Virus record (IMG/VR): IMGVR_UViG_3300032315_000647
Coordinates: 32,001-96,000 of that record
Strand: one strand, 5' to 3'
Source of the DNA: a virus
Length of the DNA stretch: 64,000 nt
A program made the translations under genes and the position numbers. The notes beneath the pieces are model-generated. The model saw only the letters and a list, made by a program, of their open reading frames with translations, was not told the DNA's origin and ran no database searches. Positions 1 to 8,233 of this stretch are shown one piece after another; position 1 is the stretch's first letter, and each line of letters begins with the position of its first letter.

Positions 1-571
1 TAAGAAGGTGCTTGATGGTGAGGTGGGTGATAGTTCTATTGGTAAAAAGGCTGTATTGAATAGCAATGCCTATCCTAAGCTTAAGACAGCTCTATCTGCA
101 AAAGATGTATGTGTTATAGTGATTAGTCAATATCGTGAGAAGATTGGTGTGATGTTTGGCAATCCTACAACAACACAAGGTGGTCATGCTCTTAAGTTTT
201 ATTCTGATATTCGTGTAGAAGTGAGTAGATCTTTGGCTAAAGAAGGAGATGTCACTTATGGCAATCTTACAAAAGTGAAGGCTACAAAGAATAAACTCAA
301 TCCTCCTTATCGTGTAGCAAGTTTTGACATTGTTTATGGTGAAGGGATTGACAAAGTGGCAGAAGTGATGGAGCTTGGTAATGAATATGAGGTGCTTAAA
401 AAGTGGGGTCAAACTGTCACATTCAATGAAACCAAATATGATTTGGAAGATTTCAAAAGGATGTTGTTGGACAATCCAGAGTTTTACGATGCTATTAAAC
501 AATCAATTGTTAACAAAATAAAGAATATAGATGTCAAAGTTATTGAAGATTCAGTTCAAGAAAATTTATGA
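1..571 (+). CDS. recA: RecA/UvsX-like recombinase, C-terminal part (5'-truncated by window)
   Basis: RecA motifs SQYREKIGVMFGNPTTTQGGHALKFYSDIRVEV and KNKLNPPYR..FDIVYGEGID. Confidence 0.93.
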   Translation, partial: KKVLDGEVGDSSIGKKAVLNSNAYPKLKTALSAKDVCVIVISQYREKIGVMFGNPTTTQGGHALKFYSDIRVEVSRSLAKEGDVTYGNLTKVKATKNKLNPPYRVASFDIVYGEGIDKVAEVMELGNEYEVLKKWGQTVTFNETKYDLEDFKRMLLDNPEFYDAIKQSIVNKIKNIDVKVIEDSVQENL

Positions 572-980
572 GCAATCTAAACTACCTGTTAAGGGTAGTT
601 TAGGTGCTGCAGCTTATGATGCATACGCACACAGCATCACATTTGAAAAGAATAACACTGTTGTCATAGGGCTAGGATTTGCCACAGCTATTCCTATTGG
701 CTATAAAGGAATGGTTGTTCCTAGGAGCGGATTTACAAAGATGCCCTGGGTAATGAATAACAATGTGGGAGTGATAGATAGTGACTATCGTGGAGAGTGG
801 ATGATGAAAATAAAACCTTTACACGGAAGTATATCAGAAACTCCTCTTCCTTTCAGTGTTGGTGATAGGTGCTGTCAGATATACTTTGAAGAAGTGTTGG
901 ACGTAGAATTTGAAGAAGTGAAATATCTTCCTGAAACAGATCGTGGAGAAGGAGGCTTCGGTAGTACGGGGGTGTCTTAA
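531..980 (+). CDS. dut: trimeric dUTPase
   Basis: motifs AAYD, PRSG, GVIDSDYRGE, GDRCCQ, RGEGGFGSTG. Confidence 0.96.
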   Translation: MSKLLKIQFKKIYEQSKLPVKGSLGAAAYDAYAHSITFEKNNTVVIGLGFATAIPIGYKGMVVPRSGFTKMPWVMNNNVGVIDSDYRGEWMMKIKPLHGSISETPLPFSVGDRCCQIYFEEVLDVEFEEVKYLPETDRGEGGFGSTGVS

Positions 981-1008
981 TAATTTTACATTATTTTCCG
1001 TTTATTTT

Positions 1009-1040
1009 TTTGGAAATGTCAAATAATCTTTTTACATTTG
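1009..1040 (+). promoter_or_regulatory. Bacteroidota housekeeping-type promoter (-33 TTTG / -7 TAnnTTTG) for the HNH gene
   Basis: TTTG 1009-1012, 20-nt spacer, TACATTTG 1033-1040; in-frame ATG at 1055. Confidence 0.75.
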
Positions 1041-1054
1041 CCAAAATCTATGAT

Positions 1055-1687
1055 ATGAATGTAAAAATAGGCTCTCAAGTAGGTAACTGGGAGGTTACTT
1101 CTGAGAAGTATAAAAAGGACGGAATTTATGTAAATGACTGCATTTGTATCTGTGGAACAGCTAGACCTGTACCAACGTGGAGTTTAAACAATTCAAAATC
1201 AAAAGGTTGTGGATGTACTAATGTAAAAGGGCGATTCAAAGCTAAATGTGTTGGAGACCTATCAGCTTCATATTATACTAGCTTTAAACACAACAGAAAA
1301 GCTAAAGAAATTGAGTTTTCTGATGATTTAAGCATGGAGCATCTATGGTACTTGTATGAACAACAAGGAGGCAGATGTGCAATATCAGGAATACCGATCT
1401 CTTTAAATCCTCAATGGTCTCAACAGAATAAAGGAAGACCTACAAAGATAGTACAAACTGCATCTATTGATAGAATTGATAACTCCAAGGGATATGTTGT
1501 AGGCAATGTTCAATGGGTACATAAAGATATAAATTATATGAGAGGTGGTCTATCTATCATGGAGTTTATAATCTTTTGCAGACAAGTGGTAAAACACAAC
1601 ACTAACGTTAATCTTAGTGAAATTAATTTTGATGAAGTAACGTTCTCTGGAAAGAGAAAATACTTCGGATCTACAGGTAAAAACTAA
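1055..1687 (+). mobile_element. free-standing HNH-family homing endonuclease
   Basis: N-terminal C-x-C-x-CG...SKGCGC repeat; QGGRCAISG..ASIDRIDNSKGYVVGNVQWVHKDIN HNH-like core; own promoter; start taken as ATG 1055. Confidence 0.8.
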
Positions 1688-1691
1688 CAAC

Positions 1692-1919
1692 ATGGCTAAG
1701 TTGATAGTATCATTAGAAGAGGAGAATACAAGTTTGTTTTCTAAGCAATATCTCAGCCTTCCAGAGCTTCATGAAGAAATTGAGAATAAGTTAGAGGGTC
1801 TGAAGGTGATGGATAAGAGAAAGAAGAGAGAGATACAGAAAGCAAAGGATGATGTCAACTTTCTGATTAAAATGTATAATGCCAAGGCTAAGTTTAAGAC
1901 TTATGATATTGTAAAATAA
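1692..1919 (+). CDS. hypothetical protein
   Basis: 75-aa ORF in operon with A-rich leader. Confidence 0.7.
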   Translation: MAKLIVSLEEENTSLFSKQYLSLPELHEEIENKLEGLKVMDKRKKREIQKAKDDVNFLIKMYNAKAKFKTYDIVK

Positions 1920-1938
1920 AAACCTCCAAAAGTGTAAA

Positions 1939-2349
1939 ATGAGCACATGCCCCACATGTGGAGCAAAGTGTGAAGGATCACATTGTTTCAGGCACAAGCC
2001 AAGAAAACCACTACCTAAAACGTCCAGTAGATTTGTTAAAAAACAGGACAATTCTCGGAATATTTCCGAAATGAGAGACTTCTTCTTACAAGTTTGGAGG
2101 AGACGTTCTCATCATTCTGAAGTGAGTGGTAAATATTTAGGGTCTGAACCTTTGACAGTGTTCTTTCATCACATCCTTCCTAAGGAAAAATATCCTCAAG
2201 CTGCGCTAGATGAAGAAAACATCATACTTTTGACATTAGAAGAGCACGATCAAGTGGAGATGGATGTATATAGATATGAAGAAGTTAACACTAGACGTAA
2301 TGTTTTAAAACTGAAATATGAACCCACCGAAAAGAGAATACAAGAATGA
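1939..2349 (+). CDS. HNH/NinG-like nuclease-fold protein with N-terminal Cys/His Zn finger
   Basis: CPTCG..C..HC..H; SEVSG..FHHILPK...ENIILLT..EH pattern. Confidence 0.6.
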   Translation: MSTCPTCGAKCEGSHCFRHKPRKPLPKTSSRFVKKQDNSRNISEMRDFFLQVWRRRSHHSEVSGKYLGSEPLTVFFHHILPKEKYPQAALDEENIILLTLEEHDQVEMDVYRYEEVNTRRNVLKLKYEPTEKRIQE

Positions 2350-2974
2350 CATTAAGTATAAAGTCACTCTTAACGATGAACAAAAAGAGGCTAAGAGACT
2401 CATCATTGAGAACCAGATAGTGATCATCACTGGTAGGGCAGGAAGTGGTAAGTCTCTTGTTGGTGCACAGTGCGCTCTTGACTTCTTGTTTAAGAAGCAG
2501 TGTGAGAAGATTTTTGTCACAAGAGCCACTATTGAGGTGGGTAATAGTTTAGGTTATCTTCCTGGTGGTATAGATGAAAAATTCAATCCTTATCTAGAAG
2601 CATTTCAAGAGAACCTTCTAAAGTGTCATGATCCACTGAAAATTCAAGAGCTCATTGCTGCAAAAAAGATTCTCACCTATCCTGTACAATTCATCAGAGG
2701 TAAAACTATTGATGATTTACTTATTGTAGAGGAGGCTCAGAACTTATCTAAAGCACAGATGTTGGCTATTCTTACACGCCTTGGTAAGACAGGAAAGATT
2801 ATTATCAACGGAGATTTGGAACAAACAGATATTCGTGATAATGGCATGAACGGACTATCGTATGTAATTGAGATGTCCAAAAGAATAGCTGATATCAAAT
2901 GGATTAAGCTGAAGGAAAATCACAGAAGTGACTTAGTTGGTAAAATATTGGATTATGAATATTCAAAGAACTAG
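2318..2974 (+). CDS. phoH: PhoH-family ATPase
   Basis: GRAGSGKS, LGYLPG, FIRGKT, EEAQN, TRLG, GDLEQTD, HRS. Confidence 0.93.
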   Translation: MNPPKREYKNDIKYKVTLNDEQKEAKRLIIENQIVIITGRAGSGKSLVGAQCALDFLFKKQCEKIFVTRATIEVGNSLGYLPGGIDEKFNPYLEAFQENLLKCHDPLKIQELIAAKKILTYPVQFIRGKTIDDLLIVEEAQNLSKAQMLAILTRLGKTGKIIINGDLEQTDIRDNGMNGLSYVIEMSKRIADIKWIKLKENHRSDLVGKILDYEYSKN

Positions 2975-2976
2975 TT

Positions 2977-3321
2977 ATGGAATTGTATAATTACAAAGCC
3001 ACTGTATTGAGAATACTTGATGGTGACACCATAGAACTCAATATAGATCTTGGATTTACAGTTCATTGGAAATCTACATGCAGGTTCTATGGAATAAACA
3101 CTCCTGAGCTAAAAAGCAAAGACGCTCAAGAGAGAAAAAGAGCAAAAGAGGCAAGAGACTTTACAAGTGAATGTCTTCCTATAGGAGCTTCAGTGATTGT
3201 GAAAAGTAAAGAGCTGGATAAGTATGGAAGACCTCTTGTGGATTTGTATTACGGAGAAGATAACATTCATTTAAATCAGCTTCTATTAGACAAGAAGCTT
3301 GCAAACATTCTTAATTATTAA
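2977..3321 (+). CDS. thermonuclease (SNase) family
   Basis: RILDGDT..DLGF..RFYGINTPE..DKYGR. Confidence 0.88.
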   Translation: MELYNYKATVLRILDGDTIELNIDLGFTVHWKSTCRFYGINTPELKSKDAQERKRAKEARDFTSECLPIGASVIVKSKELDKYGRPLVDLYYGEDNIHLNQLLLDKKLANILNY

Positions 3322-3334
3322 ACCAATAGAGTTT

Positions 3335-3685
3335 ATGACAGTAGAACAAGTGGCTCAAGTGGCTCACGAAATCAACATGGCTTATTGCCAAGCAATTGGT
3401 GATAATAGTCAACCAACGTGGGAAGATGCTCCTGAATGGCAAAAAAGTTCAGCAATTAAAGGTGTAGAGTTTCATCTAGCAAATCCAGATGCTGGTCCAG
3501 ACGCATCTCATGTAAGTTGGATGAAGCAAAAAACAGAGGAAGGCTGGAAATATGGCCCCATAAAGGATGCAGAAAAAAAAGAACATCCTTGTTATGTTCC
3601 TTATGAAGAACTTCCAACAGAGCAGAAAGCAAAAGATTATTTGTTTAAGCAAATAGTACATTCATTAAAAAACCAAATAGTATGA
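3335..3685 (+). CDS. RyR-domain protein
   Basis: H..W...K..EGWKYG..KD..KKEHPC.VPYEELP..QK.KD; ATG 3335 preceded by AAACCAA. Confidence 0.8.
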   Translation: MTVEQVAQVAHEINMAYCQAIGDNSQPTWEDAPEWQKSSAIKGVEFHLANPDAGPDASHVSWMKQKTEEGWKYGPIKDAEKKEHPCYVPYEELPTEQKAKDYLFKQIVHSLKNQIV

Positions 3686-3984
3686 GCAATCAATTTTTCT
3701 ACACTCGTAAAGAGTTGAAGAGCGGTACACCTGAGAATCCTGTGTACAATGTGTTTCGTGATAGCTTCAATGTGAACAAGGTGATACGCACCGTAGCTAT
3801 TGAAGATGGTAGAGTGATGGTGCTTCTGGATGATTTGCATGAGCGTGCACAAGATGTACCTGACATGGATGCTAAGACTAATAAGATTAAGGGGTATAAG
3901 CGTCAAAGGAACACCTTCCAGAGTGAGATATATTTGGAGGGAGAGGATGTCGAAAGGTTTTACATAACAACATCTATTAATTAA
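3682..3984 (+). CDS. hypothetical protein
   Basis: 100-aa ORF, translationally coupled on both sides. Confidence 0.75.
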   Translation: MSNQFFYTRKELKSGTPENPVYNVFRDSFNVNKVIRTVAIEDGRVMVLLDDLHERAQDVPDMDAKTNKIKGYKRQRNTFQSEIYLEGEDVERFYITTSIN

Positions 3985-4979
3985 TGAGACCTATTTTCTT
4001 CTACTGGGATGGTGGGATAAGCAATAGTAGGATGAAAGTCTTACAAGATTGTATGTATTCTACAAGAGTGCACAATCCTGAATGTCCTATTGTATTAGTG
4101 AGCAATAGTATATCAAGCAGTTCGTTTGATGACACTTATAGAATAAGTGTTATGAAATGGGACAGATCATTGATAATGCAATCTCCATTTCCAAAGGATA
4201 AGATTGATCTCTATCTGGATGGTGATAGGTGTATTACAGGTTATAGAGAGCTTTCTGATTTAATAAGATTGGCAGTTCTTTATAGATATGGTGGTTCCTA
4301 CATAGATACAGACGATCTTTGCATCAAACCTATTCCAGTAGAAGAAAATATTATTTGTCGTTCGTACGATCCTCACACTGCACATTACAATCTCGTAACT
4401 CCTGAAGATTGTATTCCTGGAGTGTACAGAGAAATACGTGGGTATGATCACATCAACTTCTTTCCAAGAAACGACTGTTGGTTAAACTTTGTACCAAAGC
4501 ATCCTTTGATACGTGATATATTAAGCAACCCTAAACTAAATGGGATAAACAAACCTGTTTATATTGGGGACGGATTCTCATGGCAATCTCTTACATTAGA
4601 GGCATGTATGAAATACATCATGCACATAAATGACATATTCAGAACATCTCTTACACTTCTCTATCTATTTGAGGATTTTGTGTCAGCAAGTTCTTTCTGG
4701 GACAGGTGTCATCATGGAGGAGAAATGTGTGATTTGTACAATGAAATATTTCCTGATCTTAAGGAATATGAATGGGGATTCTATAAGTGCACTAAAGACG
4801 TAGCAGAGAGATTCCTAGAAACAGTGATAGACAAATATCCTCATCTGTCACACATGTGGCTTCATAGAAAGGATGAGAATCCAGAATGGATGTTAGAAGA
4901 CCTAGATGCTGAAGGTAAGTATGCTGTATCTACATGGATTTATAAAATTCAAAAAGACAAAATAAAGAGCTATATATGA
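3984..4979 (+). CDS. DXD glycosyltransferase (GT32/Och1-like)
   Basis: IFFYW.G N-terminus; SDLIRLAVLYRYGGSYIDTD. Confidence 0.8.
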   Translation: MRPIFFYWDGGISNSRMKVLQDCMYSTRVHNPECPIVLVSNSISSSSFDDTYRISVMKWDRSLIMQSPFPKDKIDLYLDGDRCITGYRELSDLIRLAVLYRYGGSYIDTDDLCIKPIPVEENIICRSYDPHTAHYNLVTPEDCIPGVYREIRGYDHINFFPRNDCWLNFVPKHPLIRDILSNPKLNGINKPVYIGDGFSWQSLTLEACMKYIMHINDIFRTSLTLLYLFEDFVSASSFWDRCHHGGEMCDLYNEIFPDLKEYEWGFYKCTKDVAERFLETVIDKYPHLSHMWLHRKDENPEWMLEDLDAEGKYAVSTWIYKIQKDKIKSYI

Positions 4980-5668
4980 TTTCCGTATTGACACTAACAT
5001 ACAAGAGACCTCATCTTTTAGAAGAAGCTATTGAATCATTTCTTAGACAATACACCACTCATCCAAAGGAAATGGTTATCATAAACGATAACAAAGATGT
5101 AGACTATGTTTACAATCATCCTGATGTAACAATCATCAATTGTAAAGAAAGGTTCTCATCTGTATCTAAAAAACTTCAATGGGGATTTAGTCAGTGTAAG
5201 TATGATTACATTTACAGACTGGACGATGATGATTTGTTAACAGAAAATGGGTTACAGAAAGCTTGTGATTACATCATCAACAATCCAGGATATGATATAT
5301 ACAGAGCTTCTGGTTTCTATTTCTTTGTGAATAATAAACTAGATGGGTGGACAACTAGTATCAATAATGGAAACATCTATAGCAAAAGCTTTGTTGAAAG
5401 AATTGAGTTTCCTGATACATGTATAGGAGAAGATGCAGACATCACGTTCCATAAAGGAGGAACTTGGTGGGAACCAAAAGAGAAAGATGCAACAATGATC
5501 TACCGTTGGGGAATGGGAACACTTCACATATCAGGGATGGGGAATCAACCTAATGACATCATCTTAAACAAGGCTGATAAAGTGTTAGACAATAGAGTGG
5601 GTACAATAACGCTACATCCAAAGTTTTTATCAGATTATTATGAACAAATAAAAAAAGCCCCTATTTAG
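4976..5668 (+). CDS. GT2-family glycosyltransferase
   Basis: ISVLTLTYKR..L.EAIES; YIYRLDDDD; GED. Confidence 0.85.
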   Translation: MISVLTLTYKRPHLLEEAIESFLRQYTTHPKEMVIINDNKDVDYVYNHPDVTIINCKERFSSVSKKLQWGFSQCKYDYIYRLDDDDLLTENGLQKACDYIINNPGYDIYRASGFYFFVNNKLDGWTTSINNGNIYSKSFVERIEFPDTCIGEDADITFHKGGTWWEPKEKDATMIYRWGMGTLHISGMGNQPNDIILNKADKVLDNRVGTITLHPKFLSDYYEQIKKAPI

Positions 5669-5681
5669 AGGCTTTTCTTTT
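5651..5681. terminator. bidirectional intrinsic terminator between convergent operons
   Basis: AAAAAAGCC-cctatttaga-GGCTTTTCTTTT at the + / - convergence point. Confidence 0.7.
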
Positions 5682-5683
5682 AT

Positions 5684-5757
5684 ATTGCTTCCAAAGAATA
5701 GCTGTTCTAGACCAACTATTCACCCTGTTGTGCATCGTTGAGAGGCATGTGAAGCTA
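5684..5757 (-). ncRNA. candidate structured RNA in the late-transcript 3' UTR
   Basis: outer stem GCUUC/GAAGC enclosing hairpin UGC-CUCUCAACGAU-GCA and hairpin GAAUAGUUG/CAGCUAUUC. Confidence 0.35.
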
Positions 5758-5758
5758 A

Positions 5759-5896
5759 TTATTTAGAAAGTCTTTTCTGTTTCATAGGCCATTGAGGACT
5801 CTTGAGTCTGAGTTTCGTATCAGCCTCTTTCATATAATTGTCCTTTGGTCTAGGATTGTTCACCTTTGGAGCCTTTCTTGGTTTGCCACTTTTCAT
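5759..5896 (-). CDS. small basic protein (45 aa, not in ORF track)
   Basis: MKSGKPRKAPKVNNPRPKDNYMKEADTKLRLKSPQWPMKQKRLSK; TAATG coupling to upstream gene. Confidence 0.7.
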   Translation of the reverse strand: MKSGKPRKAPKVNNPRPKDNYMKEADTKLRLKSPQWPMKQKRLSK

Positions 5897-6288
5897 TAGC
5901 AACCATTTTTACACTTCTTCATACCACCTTTACCACTAGTGTTCTTACCAATAGTGCGACCATAAGTAGACAAACGAGTGGATGTGCTACTCTTAGAAGG
6001 AGAAAGAGTTGCTCCATTACGAGCTTTCTTAATCTTACCACCTTTACGCATACCTCCTACTTCAGGAACTTCGGGTCTCAGTTTAGCCATATTCTTCTGG
6101 AGATATTCTTTACCACGTTCTGAACGAGTTGCTCTTTCTACTACTCTTTTAGTGACACGTTCAGCCCTATCAGGATTCTTAGCACTCAACCTACCAATCC
6201 TTTTAAGTTGCCCACGCCTAAGGTAAACCTTCTTACCACCTTGAGCCTTTTCACCATCAGCTCCGCTTTTAGCAGCAGTCTTTTTCAT
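5896..6288 (-). CDS. Lys/Arg-rich small protein
   Basis: highly basic; KAQGG, MRKGG, KARNG, KCKNG motifs. Confidence 0.75.
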   Translation of the reverse strand: MKKTAAKSGADGEKAQGGKKVYLRRGQLKRIGRLSAKNPDRAERVTKRVVERATRSERGKEYLQKNMAKLRPEVPEVGGMRKGGKIKKARNGATLSPSKSSTSTRLSTYGRTIGKNTSGKGGMKKCKNGC

Positions 6289-6296
6289 TGTATATA

Positions 6297-6629
6297 TTAT
6301 TTAGATTTTTTTAGTTTACCACCATTCTTAATGACACCACGTCCTTTAAGAACATCAGCACGAGTCACTTTACCATCTCCTGTGAGATCAGGAAAGCTCT
6401 TTCCAGACTTAGCTTTCATTATACCACCACTCTTCATTTTCTTCTTAGGAGCAGGTTTAGCTTTGGCTTTAGTTTTATTATAAGTGCTAGGCCCTACCAC
6501 ATCTTGCAAAGCAGATCTAGGAATCATTTTACCAGGAAACATCTCACTAGGAACAGAATCTACAGCAGCCTTTTTCTTTGCAGGGCTCATTATCTTAGTT
6601 CCTTTCTGAGCCTTCTTAATTGTTTTCAT
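6297..6629 (-). CDS. Lys-rich small protein with EF-hand/dockerin-like DLTGDGKVTRAD motif
   Basis: FPDLTGDGKVTRADVL; KAQKG, MKSGG, IKNGG motifs. Confidence 0.75.
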   Translation of the reverse strand: MKTIKKAQKGTKIMSPAKKKAAVDSVPSEMFPGKMIPRSALQDVVGPSTYNKTKAKAKPAPKKKMKSGGIMKAKSGKSFPDLTGDGKVTRADVLKGRGVIKNGGKLKKSK

Positions 6630-6650
6630 TACTATCTATAATTTTAATTG

Positions 6651-6932
6651 TTAACAATTCCATTTACGAAGAGACTTATTAATCCTGCTGTTGGGATCAT
6701 TAGCAGTTTTAGCAGAGGTGAGGCGCTTCTTCATACCAGACATTCTAGCACAAAATGATTTACGTCTACTAGCAGCTTTACTTCCTGGTTTAAGTTTGGA
6801 AGGTTTAGTAGTGACAGCAGTTTTGAGTTTGGATCCAGGGTTAGCTTTTCTATAGGAAGCAACACCTTTAGCATTCAATCCTCCAGAAGGATTCTTACCC
6901 TCTTTTCTTTGCCAAGCTGGACTCTTTGCCAT
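6651..6932 (-). CDS. conserved phage basic protein (DUF6321-like)
   Basis: MAKSPAWQRKEGKNPSGGLNAKG...RRKSFCARM...LRKWNC, a recognisable widespread phage family. Confidence 0.8.
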   Translation of the reverse strand: MAKSPAWQRKEGKNPSGGLNAKGVASYRKANPGSKLKTAVTTKPSKLKPGSKAASRRKSFCARMSGMKKRLTSAKTANDPNSRINKSLRKWNC

Positions 6933-6934
6933 AT

Positions 6935-7093
6935 CTATTTCTTTTTAGCTTTAGCCATCTTCTTGAATGTCTTAGCAAGAGCCTTAGCTCTTCCTGTACA
7001 TCCAGGCTTTGTAATAGGGGTACATTTACCTTCAGTTCCTCTACGTTTAATAGAGGCTGTGGCTTTCTGTATCCACTTTTTGTCTGTAGCCAT
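6935..7093 (-). CDS. small basic protein (52 aa, not in ORF track)
   Basis: MATDKKWIQKATASIKRRGTEGKCTPITKPGCTGRAKALAKTFKKMAKAKKK. Confidence 0.75.
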   Translation of the reverse strand: MATDKKWIQKATASIKRRGTEGKCTPITKPGCTGRAKALAKTFKKMAKAKKK

Positions 7094-7095
7094 GA

Positions 7096-7242
7096 CTATT
7101 TCTTTTTAACCTTTCCACCCTTTTTCATATTACCAAGAGTGCGTTCTTGCACCTTTGTCCAAGCACCCTTGGGATCAACCATAGGGGCTTTCTTGGTGGT
7201 TTTTGTTACACCACCAGCTTGTGCCTTTTTTAACTTTGCCAT
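7096..7242 (-). CDS. small basic protein (48 aa, not in ORF track)
   Basis: MAKLKKAQAGGVTKTTKKAPMVDPKGAWTKVQERTLGNMKKGGKVKKK; TAATG coupling. Confidence 0.75.
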   Translation of the reverse strand: MAKLKKAQAGGVTKTTKKAPMVDPKGAWTKVQERTLGNMKKGGKVKKK

Positions 7243-7472
7243 TATGCTTCAGTTTTCAGGAGTTCGTCCTTGCTGTTAGTAAGGAAGTTTTTAGCCAAAT
7301 AAGCAACAGCTGCCTTACCAGCAACAACAGCAATATCCAGAAGTTGCTGTACAGTGGGAAGAGAACCTGCATCAAGAATAGTGTAAATGCCTTGTGTAAT
7401 AACAAGCAGTACAGCTACAACAATACCGTTAGACAGATCCTTAAAATTCAGATTGAGAAAACCGCTTTTCAT
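7242..7472 (-). CDS. small two-TM membrane protein, holin-like
   Basis: two hydrophobic segments, YLAKNFLTN C-terminus. Confidence 0.6.
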   Translation of the reverse strand: MKSGFLNLNFKDLSNGIVVAVLLVITQGIYTILDAGSLPTVQQLLDIAVVAGKAAVAYLAKNFLTNSKDELLKTEA

Positions 7473-7484
7473 ATATTATAGTTT

Positions 7485-7652
7485 TTATTTACCTTTTGCC
7501 TTTATCTTACGCTCCTGTTTGAGCATAGCTGCTGTAGGCTTTTTACCAGACTTACCAGCAGCTTTGTTTTTCTTAGCTGCTGCACGAATGTTATCCCAAA
7601 GTCCTCTTTGAGAAACACTTCCGTCAGCACGCTTCATCATTTGTTTTGCCAT
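7485..7652 (-). CDS. small basic protein (55 aa, not in ORF track)
   Basis: MAKQMMKRADGSVSQRGLWDNIRAAAKKNKAAGKSGKKPTAAMLKQERKIKAKGK. Confidence 0.75.
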   Translation of the reverse strand: MAKQMMKRADGSVSQRGLWDNIRAAAKKNKAAGKSGKKPTAAMLKQERKIKAKGK

Positions 7653-7658
7653 AACACA

Positions 7659-7904
7659 TTATTTAGACATGCTAAGAACTCTAGGTTCTTCAGCAGTTTC
7701 TTTAACAATACCAGCTTCTACAGCTGATGCAAGAGCACGTTCAACAGCTTGATTTGCTTCACTAATCTGAAGAATACGTGCAGCTTCTTCTGTGCTTAAT
7801 ATAGAACGAAATGCATTTAAAATCATACCGAATTCAGAACCTGTCAATTCAAACTTGTCTTGAGGAGTCCATGTGTACCTTTTACTTGGATCATAAGATG
7901 CCAT
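7659..7904 (-). CDS. hypothetical protein
   Basis: 81-aa ORF preceded by promoter and AAACCAA motif. Confidence 0.75.
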   Translation of the reverse strand: MASYDPSKRYTWTPQDKFELTGSEFGMILNAFRSILSTEEAARILQISEANQAVERALASAVEAGIVKETAEEPRVLSMSK

Positions 7905-7909
7905 AAAAT

Positions 7910-8233
7910 TTATTTTTTGGTTTGAACAAAATTATGTATAGGACTTGAATCTACCAAATTTATTTCAAAGGCTATTGTTGCAGACGTTTTGATACTCTTA
8001 GACAAGTTGAGCTTTATATGGAAGATGTTATGTAGTTTGAGTATTTCTTCCAATAGCATTGGGTTATATTTAGGAAGACTAGGTACTAGTCTAAAGTGAT
8101 ATGAAGTTGGTGTTTTGGTTATCTCAAGAGTGCTTAGTTCATCTACAGAGTCAATCACTCCCTCTAGATGTGCAAAATAAACCATTTCATTATCGGGCAT
8201 CACTTCAGGGAAGAACCTCTTGTTGACAACCAT
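7910..8233 (-). CDS. hypothetical protein
   Basis: 107-aa ORF, TAATG coupled to upstream gene. Confidence 0.7.
   Translation of the reverse strand: MVVNKRFFPEVMPDNEMVYFAHLEGVIDSVDELSTLEITKTPTSYHFRLVPSLPKYNPMLLEEILKLHNIFHIKLNLSKSIKTSATIAFEINLVDSSPIHNFVQTKK
7927..7958 (-). promoter_or_regulatory. Bacteroidota-type promoter driving the small basic protein cluster
   Basis: minus strand TTTG (7955-7958), 20 nt, TAATTTTG (7927-7934). Confidence 0.65.

Noticed and set aside
1010-1054. Track start of the HNH ORF at 1010 (likewise 3299, 12658, 58270 for other genes)
   Set aside because: These upstream extensions overlap promoter, terminator or neighbouring genes; downstream ATGs (1055, 3335, 12607, 58261) have better context.
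981-1687. Group I intron in dut
   Set aside because: dut is complete with its own stop before the HNH, and there is no room for an intron core; better explained as a free-standing endonuclease.
5684-5757. tRNA or hammerhead/HDV ribozyme
   Set aside because: No cloverleaf or TTC loop, no CUGAnGA/GAAA core, and no convincing HDV nested pseudoknot by eye.
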